From Candidatus Saccharimonadota bacterium (GTDB taxonomy: Bacteria; Pseudomonadota; Gammaproteobacteria; Enterobacterales; Enterobacteriaceae), in contig NZ_CP046218.1 of NCBI RefSeq assembly GCF_012571345.1, positions 76,305 to 88,374 on the forward strand: a DNA stretch of 12,070 nt, in the 5' to 3' direction. Below, piece after piece: positions 1 through 8,270 of this stretch. The notes below the pieces were generated by a model, which was not told where the DNA came from, made no database searches, and saw only the letters and a list, made by a program, of their open reading frames with translations. The translations under genes and the position numbers were made by a program. Each line of letters begins with the position of its first letter. The stretch's first letter is position 1.

Positions 1-83
1 AAATATATAAAATTTTAATATACATATAATTAATATTATTATATGATTTAATATAAGTAAAATATAATGGATGTTATAAAATT

Positions 84-275
84 ATGGCAGTACCAAAACA
101 TAAAATAAGTAAGTCTAAACGTGGCATGAGACGTGCGCATCAATCATTACTATTAAATAATATGTTATTAATAAACAAACGCACTGGCGAAAAAAATTTA
201 TACCATCATATTTCCACAGATGGATTTTATCGAGGTAAAAATATATTATATAAAGTTACTCAAAATAATAATTAA
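84..275 (+). CDS. rpmF: 50S ribosomal protein L32
   Basis: The 63-aa ORF starts MAVPKHKISKSKRGMRRAHQ and contains GEKNLYHHISTDGFYRGK. It is collinear with E. coli L32 ([20 protein letters not shown]...GEKHLRHHITADGYYRGR). Its position directly upstream of the fab cluster matches enterobacteria. Confidence 0.95.
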   Translation: MAVPKHKISKSKRGMRRAHQSLLLNNMLLINKRTGEKNLYHHISTDGFYRGKNILYKVTQNNN

Positions 276-328
276 TAATTATTCATATACATATGTAAAA
301 TAATAAATTGACTAAAGTTTTGATAAAT

Positions 329-1293
329 ATGATTAAAAAATATGCTGCATTTTTTCCAGGTCAGGATGTTTTGTATTCTCTTCATAAAATATCCAGTATG
401 TATCACCACTATAAAATTATACAAGATACTTTCAATGATGTTTCTGATATTATTGGGTATGATTTATGGAAATCAATACAAAATAAATCATTATTTAAAT
501 TATGTGTATTACATCATCAATCAGCAATTATTGCAGTATCTATTGCATTATATCAATTATGGATACAGAAAAGTAATAGTATTATGCCAAGCATTATATT
601 AGGACATAGTTTAGGTGAATATACAGCACTAGTATGCAGTAAAACTATAACGTTATATGATGCTATTAAAATAATTAATATACGTAATAAATTAATGTAT
701 GAAGCTAGTTATAATTTATATGATTATAATATGCCGGGATATTATATGCAAGTTATCATAGGTTTAAAAAAAAAATTGTAGAAAATATTTGTAAACAATA
801 TTCAAAAACTAAAGATGTGATTGCTATTGCAAGTTTTAACTCTTTAAAAAATGTTACTATTAGTGGACACAAAAAGGTCGTTTTAAAAGTAGTTGTATTA
901 TGTCGAAAATTAGGTGCACGTACTATACCGTTAAATATAAATATTCCTACACATTGTAATTTAATGAAACCTATCATTAATGAGTTTCAATCAACATTAG
1001 ATATAATATTTTTTAATCCTCCGCAAATACCATTTATAAATAATGTAGATGCTAAATGTGAATATCATGTTAAAAAAATTAAAAAAGCTTTAGTACGACA
1101 ATTATATTGTCCTGTAAATTGGTATCATAGTATTAAATATATAATGAATAAAAACTTTTTATATGTTATTGAATTTAGCACACAACAAACTTTAAGTTAT
1201 ATCTCTAGTAATATTACAAAAAAGATCAATTATAATAGAGTTTATACGCCAAAAAAATTAAATATAACATTACAAAAATATTTTAAAAAATAA
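329..1293 (+). pseudogene. fabD: Malonyl-CoA:ACP transacylase FabD, with its reading frame broken at an A10 tract (766-775). It may still be expressed by slippage.
   Basis: ORF 308-781 (phase 2) aligns to the E. coli FabD N-terminal half: FFPGQ, GYDLW, the GHSLGEY nucleophile-Ser motif, and IRNKLMYEA with the conserved Arg. It ends GLKKKL* at TAG 779-781. ORF 817-1293 (phase 1) is open back to codon 730-732 (in-frame stop TAA at 727-729) and aligns to the C-terminal half: ISGHKKVV, NIPTHCNLMKP with the catalytic His, NNVDAKCE, ALVRQLYCPVNW. The two frames overlap across the A10 run. Reading A11 gives GLKKKIVENICK, collinear with E. coli GLDDASIAKACE. The likely true start is ATG 329 (MIKKYAAFFPGQ versus E. 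coli MTQFAFVFPGQ), not TTG 308. Confidence 0.85.
766..775 (+). repeat. A10 homopolymer at the fabD frameshift site
   Basis: Direct count: ggttt-aaaaaaaaaa-ttgtag. It ties for the longest homopolymer I found in the window. Confidence 0.95.
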
Positions 1294-1310
1294 GGAACAT
1301 AATAATATAT

Positions 1311-2051
1311 ATGAATTTTAAAAATCAAGTAGTATTAGTGACAGGAGCAAGTCGAGGTATAGGATATAATATTGCTAAAACATTAGCTGATTATGGAGCA
1401 TATGTTATTGGAACAGCAACCAGTAATAATGGTGTAAAAATTATAAATGATACTTTAAAAAAACAAGGTATGGGTAAAAAATTAAATTTTATAAAAGATA
1501 ATCACATATCTATAAATAATATTATACAATATATAATTAATAATTTTGGTAAAATAGATATTTTAATTAATAATGCGGGAATTATTAATGATCACACGAT
1601 ACTAAAAATGACAGAACATGAGTGGGAAGAAACTTTAAAAGTTAATTTAACAGCAATATTTTTAATGTCTAAAATAGTAGTAAAATATATGTTACAAAAA
1701 TCGTTTGGACGTATAATTAATATTAGTTCAATAATTGGTCATATAGGTAATATTGGACAAACTAATTATGCAGCATCTAAAGCAGGTATAATTGGTTTTA
1801 GTAAATCATTAGCACAAGAAGTCGCTAATAAAGGTATTACTGTAAATATAGTATCTCCAGGGTATATTGATACAGATATGACGCATAATATACCAAAAAA
1901 TAAAATACAAAAAATTATATCGAAAATACCAATGGAACGTTTCGGTACAGTACAAGATGTTACAAATACTGTGATATTTTTATGTTCACGTAAAACATCA
2001 TATATTACTGGGGAAACTATACATGTTAATGGTGGTTTATATATGGCATAA
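1311..2051 (+). CDS. fabG: 3-oxoacyl-ACP reductase (SDR family)
   Basis: The 246-aa ORF has the cofactor-binding motif VTGASRGIG, NNAGI, and the catalytic motif SS...NYAASKAG. It is collinear with E. coli FabG and sits in the fabD-fabG-acpP order. AGGAA lies at 1293-1297 upstream of the start. Confidence 0.93.
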   Translation: MNFKNQVVLVTGASRGIGYNIAKTLADYGAYVIGTATSNNGVKIINDTLKKQGMGKKLNFIKDNHISINNIIQYIINNFGKIDILINNAGIINDHTILKMTEHEWEETLKVNLTAIFLMSKIVVKYMLQKSFGRIINISSIIGHIGNIGQTNYAASKAGIIGFSKSLAQEVANKGITVNIVSPGYIDTDMTHNIPKNKIQKIISKIPMERFGTVQDVTNTVIFLCSRKTSYITGETIHVNGGLYMA

Positions 2052-2153
2052 AATAAGATTGCTTTTTAACATGATATTACACATATTTTTTATATATTAA
2101 ATAATATTTTAAATACATTATATATTAAGTTTTAACAGGAAATAAATACTACT

Positions 2154-2393
2154 ATGAGTAGTTCTATTAGTGAGCGAGTGAAAAAAATAATTATTGAACA
2201 ACTAGGTGTACAATCTAAAGATATTATAGAAGATGCTAATTTTACAAAAGATTTAGGAGCCGATTCCTTGGATACTGTAGAACTAATTATGGCTTTAGAA
2301 GAAGAGTTTAATACAGAAATAACAGATGAAGATGCAGAAAAAATAACGACAGTAAAAGATGCTATACATTATATTAATAATCTTTATAATTAA
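2154..2393 (+). CDS. acpP: Acyl carrier protein
   Basis: The 79-aa ORF contains [13 protein letters not shown]...[24 protein letters not shown], nearly identical in pattern to E. coli AcpP. The phosphopantetheine-attachment DSL serine is present. Confidence 0.97.
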   Translation: MSSSISERVKKIIIEQLGVQSKDIIEDANFTKDLGADSLDTVELIMALEEEFNTEITDEDAEKITTVKDAIHYINNLYN

Positions 2394-2412
2394 ATTTTCT
2401 TTATATAAAACA

Positions 2413-2443
2413 TTTAGGAATGAAAATAATTTTCGTTCCTAAA
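2413..2443 (+). repeat. Stem-loop in the acpP-fabF spacer, a candidate attenuator or mRNA 3'-end structure. It is not a canonical intrinsic terminator.
   Basis: TTTAGGAATGAAAA / TAA loop / TTTTCGTTCCTAAA pairs over about 14 positions with one U-G wobble (2421/2435). It starts 20 nt after the acpP stop and ends 20 nt before the fabF ATG. It is followed by AAAAAGAAUAAA, so there is no U-tract. Confidence 0.45.
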
Positions 2444-2462
2444 AAAGAATAAATAAACTTAT

Positions 2463-3695
2463 ATGTTCAAACGAAGAGTAGTTATTACAGGATTAGGTAT
2501 GATTACATCATTAGGCATGGATGTAAAAACTAATTGGATAAATATTATTAATGGTCGTAGTGGCATTACTACTATTACACACTTTAATAATAAACAATAT
2601 AAAACTAAATTTGGTGGTATTATACAAGAACATCTTATACAAAAATATTTTTTAAAAAAAAAACGTTATATGGATGATTTTATTAAATATGGTTTAATAG
2701 CTTGTAAACAAGCTATGCACGATTCTAAAATATCAATTACTAAAAAAAAAAGGTTTGGTGTTGCTGTTGGTTCTGGTTTAACAGGGATCTCAACTATAGA
2801 ACAGAATACTGTTTTACTACATAAATATGGCATAAAAAAAATACATCCTGCCTGTATTCCTGCTACAATTAATAATATGTTAACAGGATATATAGCTATA
2901 CATTATCAATGCATGGGACCAAGTTTTGCTGTCAGCACAGGTTGTGCTACTGGTATACATAATATTGGTTTAGCTTTTAAATGTATAGTTAATAATACTG
3001 CAGATGTTATGATTGCAGGTGCTGCAGAAAAAGCTGTTACACCATTAGTATTAAGTAGTTTTAATGCGATTAAAGCATTATCTAAAAATAATAATAATCC
3101 AACAACAGCAAGCAGACCATGGGACAAAAATAGAGATGGTTTTGTATTAAGTGATGGCGCTGGGATCATTATTTTAGAAGAATTAAATCATGCTAAACAA
3201 CGTAATGCTAATATTTATGCTGAAATAGTTGGTTTTGGTATGAGTAATGATGCATATAATATTATCACGCCTTCAAAAAATGGTATAGGAGCACAAATAT
3301 CTATGTTTAATGCTTTAAAAGATGCTCAAATTAATAAAGAGGAAGTTACATATATTAATGCTCATGCAACATCTACTATTTTAGGAGATATTTCTGAAGT
3401 AAACGCTATTAAACATCTTTTTAAAGATCATGCTTATAATATATTTATTAGTTCAACAAAATCTATGACAGGACATTTATTAGGTGCTTCTGGTGCTATA
3501 GAATCTATTTTTTCTATATTATCTCTAAAAAAACAAATTATACCTCCAACAATTAATTTATATAATCCTGATGATATATGTGATTTAGATTTTGTTCCAC
3601 ATATAGCACGTGATGTACATAATATGAAATATGTATTATGTAATGCTTTTAGTTTTGGGGGTACTAATGCAACATTAATTTTTAAAAAAATATAG
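2463..3695 (+). CDS. fabF: 3-oxoacyl-ACP synthase II (KAS II)
   Basis: The 410-aa ORF starts MFKRRVVITGLGM and ends GGTNATLIFKKI, matching E. coli FabF MSKRRVVVTGLGM...GGTNGSLIFKKI. The Cys-His-His triad contexts are present (STGCATG, NAHATST, SMTGHLLGASG). It lies directly after acpP. Confidence 0.95.
   Translation: MFKRRVVITGLGMITSLGMDVKTNWINIINGRSGITTITHFNNKQYKTKFGGIIQEHLIQKYFLKKKRYMDDFIKYGLIACKQAMHDSKISITKKKRFGVAVGSGLTGISTIEQNTVLLHKYGIKKIHPACIPATINNMLTGYIAIHYQCMGPSFAVSTGCATGIHNIGLAFKCIVNNTADVMIAGAAEKAVTPLVLSSFNAIKALSKNNNNPTTASRPWDKNRDGFVLSDGAGIIILEELNHAKQRNANIYAEIVGFGMSNDAYNIITPSKNGIGAQISMFNALKDAQINKEEVTYINAHATSTILGDISEVNAIKHLFKDHAYNIFISSTKSMTGHLLGASGAIESIFSILSLKKQIIPPTINLYNPDDICDLDFVPHIARDVHNMKYVLCNAFSFGGTNATLIFKKI
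2654..2663 (+). repeat. In-frame A10 homopolymer inside fabF (encodes L-KKK-R)
   Basis: Direct count: ttt tta aaa aaa aaa cgt. The frame is intact. Confidence 0.9.
2742..2751 (+). repeat. In-frame A10 homopolymer inside fabF (encodes T-KKK-R)
   Basis: Direct count: act aaa aaa aaa agg ttt. The frame is intact. Confidence 0.9.
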
Positions 3696-3756
3696 TTATA
3701 TTGTAATATAAATGATATATATACACAATATTTATATATTCATGGAGATTGTTGTC

Positions 3757-4776
3757 ATGTCAAAAATTAATATAACTAAAATATTTACAACAATATTATA
3801 CGTAGTATATATTACTATACTATATAGTGCAACCAAATTATATCAAGAAGCTAATACATATATTAATATAAAAAATCATAAACAATTAGCTTATATTATT
3901 TCTCCACAACAAAGTATTAATAATGTTTTAAGTAATTTGCAAACACAAAACATTATTAATAAAAATTTTTGGCTATATTTATTATTACAAATACATCCAG
4001 ATTTTAAAAGTATACAAGCTAATATTTATTATTTAAAACCTAATATGAAAATTATTAACATGCTAGCATTATTTCATCGTAAACAAATGCTACAACAATA
4101 TGATATGGTGTTAATAGAAGGAGAGACATTAACACATTTTTTAAAAAGATTTAATCGTAACCCATACATTAAGCATACTTTTAATGCTACTAATTTAATT
4201 TTAGTAAGACAAAAATTAAATATTACAGATAATTATCCATTAGAAGGTAGATTTTCAGCAGCTACCTATTATTATACTCAAAATACTACAGATTTAAATT
4301 TATTAAAAATAATGTTTAATAAAATGAATAATGAAGTACAAATAATATGGACAACGCGACAAAAAAATTTGCCCTATCATAATTTTTATGAAATGATCAT
4401 TGCTGCGTCGATTATTGAAAAAGAAACAGCAAATACAAAAGAAAAATATATTATTTCTTCTATATTAACTAATAGATTAAAAAAACACATGAAATTACAG
4501 ATAGACTCTACTATATTATATGGAATACATAATAAAATAAATATGAAATTATTACCTACATTATTAAAAAAACAAAGCATATATAATACATATATTATAT
4601 ATGGACTACCACCTAGTGCTATTAGTACTCCTAGTAAAAATTCTTTATTAGCAGCCGCACATCCTATAAAAAGTGATTTTTTATATTTTGTAGCAAATAA
4701 AAAAGGCAAACATATCTTTAATAAAAATTTTCACGCGCATACATTAACTATAAAAAAAATATATAAAACAATATGA
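3757..4776 (+). CDS. mltG: Endolytic murein transglycosylase MltG (YceG family)
   Basis: It aligns with E. coli MltG through LIEGETL, NPYIKHT, ASIIEKETA (catalytic Glu context), LQIDSTILYG, YNTYIIYGLPPSAISTPS, AAAHP and YFVANKKGKHIFN. I prefer ATG 3757 because GGAG (3744-3747) lies 9 nt upstream and an N-terminal TM helix follows directly, as in E. coli. In-frame ATGs at 3712 and 3742 cannot be excluded. Confidence 0.88.
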   Translation: MSKINITKIFTTILYVVYITILYSATKLYQEANTYINIKNHKQLAYIISPQQSINNVLSNLQTQNIINKNFWLYLLLQIHPDFKSIQANIYYLKPNMKIINMLALFHRKQMLQQYDMVLIEGETLTHFLKRFNRNPYIKHTFNATNLILVRQKLNITDNYPLEGRFSAATYYYTQNTTDLNLLKIMFNKMNNEVQIIWTTRQKNLPYHNFYEMIIAASIIEKETANTKEKYIISSILTNRLKKHMKLQIDSTILYGIHNKINMKLLPTLLKKQSIYNTYIIYGLPPSAISTPSKNSLLAAAHPIKSDFLYFVANKKGKHIFNKNFHAHTLTIKKIYKTI

Positions 4777-5399
4777 AAATAAATCAATTTATTGTAGTAG
4801 AAGGGATTGATGGATCTGGTAAAAGTACTATATGTCATTATATAAAATATTTATTAAATACTATACATATATATAATATTATTTTTACTCATGAACCTGG
4901 AGGGACATATATAGCAGAGAAAATACGTCATATAATTAAAGATAATAAAAATGAATATATTACAAAAAAAACAGAACTATTATTAATATATGCTGCACGA
5001 TCACAATTATTAAATAATATTATTAAACCAAATTTTAATAAAACATGGATTATATCAGATAGATATGACTTGTCTTCTTATGCTTATCAAATTGGGGGTA
5101 GAGGAATATCTATAAATAATATTTTGTTTCTACAAAATTTTATTAATAATAATATTATACCACACATAATTATTTATTTAGATGTAAATCCTGTTATTAG
5201 CTTACAAAGAATACAATATCGTACTAAAGATAGAATTGAAAAAGAATCTATTAAATTTTTTACTAATGTGAGAAAATATTATTTAAAAATGGCACAACAA
5301 AATGATAATATCAAAGTAATTAATGCTAATCATACGTTATTATCTGTGAAACATATGGTAAAAAAAACATTGTTTAATTTTTTATATTTTGATCACTAA
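4773..5399 (+). CDS. tmk: Thymidylate kinase
   Basis: The P-loop context VVEGIDGSGKST is present, with THEPGGT, YAARSQL, SDRYDLSSYAYQ and YLDV, collinear with E. coli Tmk. Its ATG overlaps the mltG TGA stop (ATGA at 4773-4776), suggesting translational coupling. Confidence 0.93.
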   Translation: MKINQFIVVEGIDGSGKSTICHYIKYLLNTIHIYNIIFTHEPGGTYIAEKIRHIIKDNKNEYITKKTELLLIYAARSQLLNNIIKPNFNKTWIISDRYDLSSYAYQIGGRGISINNILFLQNFINNNIIPHIIIYLDVNPVISLQRIQYRTKDRIEKESIKFFTNVRKYYLKMAQQNDNIKVINANHTLLSVKHMVKKTLFNFLYFDH

Positions 5400-5410
5400 A
5401 ATCTTATTTT

Positions 5411-6421
5411 ATGAATAATATAACATCAACAATACCATGGTATCCTTGGTTAAATACAATTTATAAGAACATTACTAATGTATTATCTTCTAATGATCAT
5501 CATGCATTTATTCTATGTACACCTAGCGGGATGGGTATTATATCTTTAATTTATAAAATTATACAATGGTTATTTTGTTTATCTAAAATAGATAATCATA
5601 TTTGTAATATTTGTACTAATTGTATATTATTAAATAATAAATACCATCCTGATATACATATTATACAAAAAGAAAAACATCAAACTAGTATTAGTATTAC
5701 TCTGATTAGACAAATAATAAATATTTTATATCAAAATTCTTATAAAGATAAAGGTAAAATTATTTGGATACCTATAGCAGAAGAATTAAATCAAACTTCA
5801 AGTAATGGCATTTTAAAAATTTTAGAAGAACCACCAAAGAATATTTGGTTTTTTATACAAACACAACATATAAATACGTTGTTACCTACTATTATTAGCC
5901 GTTGCCAAGTATGGAAAATATATCCTCCTAATGAAAAAATAGGATTACATTGGTTAACAACACAACATTTAATATCAGTAATACATAAAAATGAATATCT
6001 TATAGCATTAAAAATGTGTCATTATGCTCCTATAAACGCACATAAATTATTACAAAATAATTTATGGAGTAAAAGACAAAGTTTATATGTTACTTTTCTA
6101 CATGCTTTAAAATATGATATAATGGAATTATTATTAGTATTAAATAATGTTAATATATTAATATTATTAGATTGGATATATATTTTTTTAATAGATGTAA
6201 TAAAAGTATTTTATAAAATTAATATAAAATTTATTTATAATATAGATCAGACTGATATTTTATATCAAGTAACAAAAATTATTGCTATCAAAAAAATAAT
6301 ATTAATAATTAATAAAATTATGTTTTATCGTAAAATATTAATGATCGATAATATTAATCACATGTTAATAATAACTAGATTATTATTATCATTAGATAAA
6401 ATTAAACAAACAACATCATGA
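5411..6421 (+). CDS. holB: DNA polymerase III delta-prime subunit
   Basis: The N-terminal PWYPWL matches E. coli RWYPWL. The four-Cys zinc module is kept ([17 protein letters not shown]), as are [11 protein letters not shown] and the ISRC (SRC) motif. The C-terminal third is highly divergent. It follows tmk as in E. coli. Confidence 0.88.
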   Translation: MNNITSTIPWYPWLNTIYKNITNVLSSNDHHAFILCTPSGMGIISLIYKIIQWLFCLSKIDNHICNICTNCILLNNKYHPDIHIIQKEKHQTSISITLIRQIINILYQNSYKDKGKIIWIPIAEELNQTSSNGILKILEEPPKNIWFFIQTQHINTLLPTIISRCQVWKIYPPNEKIGLHWLTTQHLISVIHKNEYLIALKMCHYAPINAHKLLQNNLWSKRQSLYVTFLHALKYDIMELLLVLNNVNILILLDWIYIFLIDVIKVFYKINIKFIYNIDQTDILYQVTKIIAIKKIILIINKIMFYRKILMIDNINHMLIITRLLLSLDKIKQTTS

Positions 6422-6455
6422 TGTTTATATCATGTTTAAAATATGTAGGAAATAT

Positions 6456-7904
6456 ATGTTTAATAATATGTTTGCGTATATGCAAAAAATAGGTAAATCA
6501 TTAATGTTGCCAGTGTCTGTTTTGCCTATTGCTGGAATTTTATTAGGTGTTGGCACAGCACGTTTTTTTTGGATGCCAACAATTATTTCAGATCTTTTAG
6601 AGCAAACTGGTAGTACAATATTTATTAATATGCCATTAATATTTGCTATTGGTGTAGCATTAGGATTTACACAAAATAATGGAGTATCTGCATTAGCTGC
6701 AGTAATATCTTATGGAATTTTAACTAAAACTGTAGAAATTATTATACCAATAATATTACATATTAAAGTTACTAATGCAGTATTACCAAATAATATGACT
6801 AATACTGGTGTATTAGGAGGTATTATTGCTGGTTCAATTGCTGCTTATATGTTTAATCGTTTTCATAATATTAAATTAGTAGAATATTTAGGTTTTTTTT
6901 CTGGTAAACGTTTTGTACCTATTATTTCAGGGATAGCATCACTTTTTATAGGTATACTATTATCTATTATATGGTTACCTATTGGTAAAAGCATACAATT
7001 ATTTTCTTATTGGGCAGCGTACCAAAATCCCATATTAGCTTTTAGTATATATGGTTTTATTGAAAGAATATTATTACCTTTTGGTTTGCATCATATTTGG
7101 AATGTACCATTTCAAATGGAAATTGGTTCGTATACTGATATTATTACACAACAAACATATCATGGTGATATTGCTAGATATATTGCTGGAGATCCAACAG
7201 CTGGTAAATTATCAGGTGGTTTTTTATTCAAAATGTATGGTTTGCCCGGTGCAGCTATTGCAATATGGCATTCAGCTGATAAAAAAAATAAAAAACATAT
7301 CGGTAGTTTAATGCTATCTGCTGCATTAACTTCTTTTTTAACTGGTATAACAGAACCTATAGAATTTTCTTTTATGTATGTAACACCATTATTATATATA
7401 ATACATATTATATTAGCTGGATTATCATTTCCACTTTGTATTTTATTACATATGAGAAATGGTACTAGTTTTTCACATGGTTTAATAGATTTTATTATTT
7501 TAAGTGGTCATGGTCATAGATTATTTTTGTTTCCTTTAGTAGGAATTAGTTATGCATTTTTATATTATATAATATTTATAGTTTTAATACATAAATTTAA
7601 TTTACCAACTCCAGGACGTTTACAAAATGATACATATAATTCAAAAATTATATTAAATAATAATAATTATGGTGAAAAATTAGTTATGGCATTTGGAGGT
7701 CAACATAATATTATTCATTTAGATGCATGTATTACTCGATTAAGAGTAAATGTATTAGATATTAATAAAGTAGATCAAATAACATTAAAAAAATTAGGAG
7801 CATTAGGTATAGTAATATCCGGTAATGGCATACAAGCTATTTTTGGGACAAAGTCTGATAACCTTAAAACAGAAATGGATGTTTTTTTAAAAAAAACAAC
7901 ATAA
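6456..7904 (+). CDS. ptsG: PTS glucose-specific EIICB component
   Basis: Similarity to E. coli PtsG is very high throughout: [77 protein letters not shown], and the IIB phospho-Cys context [10 protein letters not shown]...[17 protein letters not shown] 6456 matches the E. coli N-terminus residue for residue and is preceded by AGGAA (6447-6451). The track's ATG 6432 adds 8 unsupported residues. Confidence 0.93.
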   Translation: MFNNMFAYMQKIGKSLMLPVSVLPIAGILLGVGTARFFWMPTIISDLLEQTGSTIFINMPLIFAIGVALGFTQNNGVSALAAVISYGILTKTVEIIIPIILHIKVTNAVLPNNMTNTGVLGGIIAGSIAAYMFNRFHNIKLVEYLGFFSGKRFVPIISGIASLFIGILLSIIWLPIGKSIQLFSYWAAYQNPILAFSIYGFIERILLPFGLHHIWNVPFQMEIGSYTDIITQQTYHGDIARYIAGDPTAGKLSGGFLFKMYGLPGAAIAIWHSADKKNKKHIGSLMLSAALTSFLTGITEPIEFSFMYVTPLLYIIHIILAGLSFPLCILLHMRNGTSFSHGLIDFIILSGHGHRLFLFPLVGISYAFLYYIIFIVLIHKFNLPTPGRLQNDTYNSKIILNNNNYGEKLVMAFGGQHNIIHLDACITRLRVNVLDINKVDQITLKKLGALGIVISGNGIQAIFGTKSDNLKTEMDVFLKKTT

Positions 7905-7928
7905 ATGATTAAAACATGAGAAAATAAC

Positions 7929-8270
7929 ATGAGTAATATATTTCATAAAATTGTAACTAAAAAAGTTCAAATGGATCTTATTTATGAAGATGATATGGTT
8001 ATAGCATTTAATGATATTAATCCAATAAGTTCAACACATATTTTAATATTACCAAAAACATTTATAGCTACATTAGATGATATACAAGAGAAACATGAAA
8101 AAATATTAGGTAGAATGTTGTTTGTTACTGCTAAAATAGCAAAACAAAAACATTTAAATCGCGATGGATATCGTGTTGTAATTAATTGCAAACAACATGG
8201 TAGACAAGAAATATTTTATTTACATATGCATTTATTAGGTGGCAGAAAAGGTACAAAAAAATTTTATTAA
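7929..8270 (+). CDS. hinT: HIT-family purine nucleoside phosphoramidase
   Basis: The 113-aa ORF has IFHKIV, AFNDINPISSTHILILPK, LGRM, DGYRVVIN and the histidine triad YLHMHLLGG. It is collinear with E. coli HinT (YcfF). Confidence 0.9.
   Translation: MSNIFHKIVTKKVQMDLIYEDDMVIAFNDINPISSTHILILPKTFIATLDDIQEKHEKILGRMLFVTAKIAKQKHLNRDGYRVVINCKQHGRQEIFYLHMHLLGGRKGTKKFY

Noticed and set aside
1-83. Possible 3' end of yceD or another gene upstream of rpmF
   Set aside because: No open frame reaches the window edge with recognisable similarity. The segment is too short and too low in complexity to call.
288-297. 10-bp perfect palindrome TACATATGTA in the rpmF-fabD spacer
   Set aside because: It is too short and too A/T-rich to be significant at this base composition. 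It cannot form a stable hairpin because it has no loop.
308-328. TTG 308 as the fabD start, and GTG 817 as the start of an independent 158-aa gene
   Set aside because: Homology to FabD begins at ATG 329. The 817 ORF is simply the C-terminal half of FabD, and its similarity extends upstream of 817 to the A10 tract. These are fragments of one gene, not two genes.
342-602. 86-aa ORF on the + strand overlapping fabD in another frame
   Set aside because: It is nested inside the homology-supported fabD frame, has low-complexity I/Y/L/N-rich composition and no recognisable motif.
756-977. 73-aa ORF on the - strand spanning the fabD frameshift region
   Set aside because: It is antisense to well-conserved FabD coding sequence, with no motif and no ribosome-binding site. 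It is likely a chance ORF.
2052-2153. Sigma70-like promoter hexamers (for example TTGCTT, 17 nt, CATATT) upstream of acpP
   Set aside because: In DNA this AT-rich, -10/-35-like hexamers occur everywhere by chance. This one cannot be distinguished from background without transcript start mapping.
2906-3169. 87-aa antisense ORF inside fabF
   Set aside because: It overlaps the most conserved part of FabF. It is a shadow ORF in a locally less AT-rich segment.
3712-3756. Upstream ATG 3712 (and 3742) as the mltG start
   Set aside because: The extension MIYIHNIYIFMEIVV has no counterpart in E. coli MltG. ATG 3757 has a GGAG at good spacing. The call is not certain, so it is noted in the feature evidence.
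4386-4709. 107-aa antisense ORF inside mltG
   Set aside because: It lies entirely within the homology-supported mltG frame, covering the IIEKETA and YGLPP motifs on the opposite strand. It has hydrophobic low-complexity sequence without motifs. It is long for an AT-rich genome, but I treat it as a shadow ORF without expression evidence.
6432-6455. ATG 6432 as the ptsG start, or a tiny leader ORF
   Set aside because: ATG 6456 reproduces the E. coli PtsG N-terminus exactly in register and has AGGAA upstream. The extra 8 codons are in-frame and unsupported.
7051-7311. 86-aa out-of-frame + strand ORF inside ptsG
   Set aside because: It is nested in the highly conserved PtsG region ([12 protein letters not shown]...[11 protein letters not shown]), so it is spurious.
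7982-8191. 69-aa antisense ORF inside hinT
   Set aside because: It is nested antisense to the conserved hinT frame and shows no independent signal.
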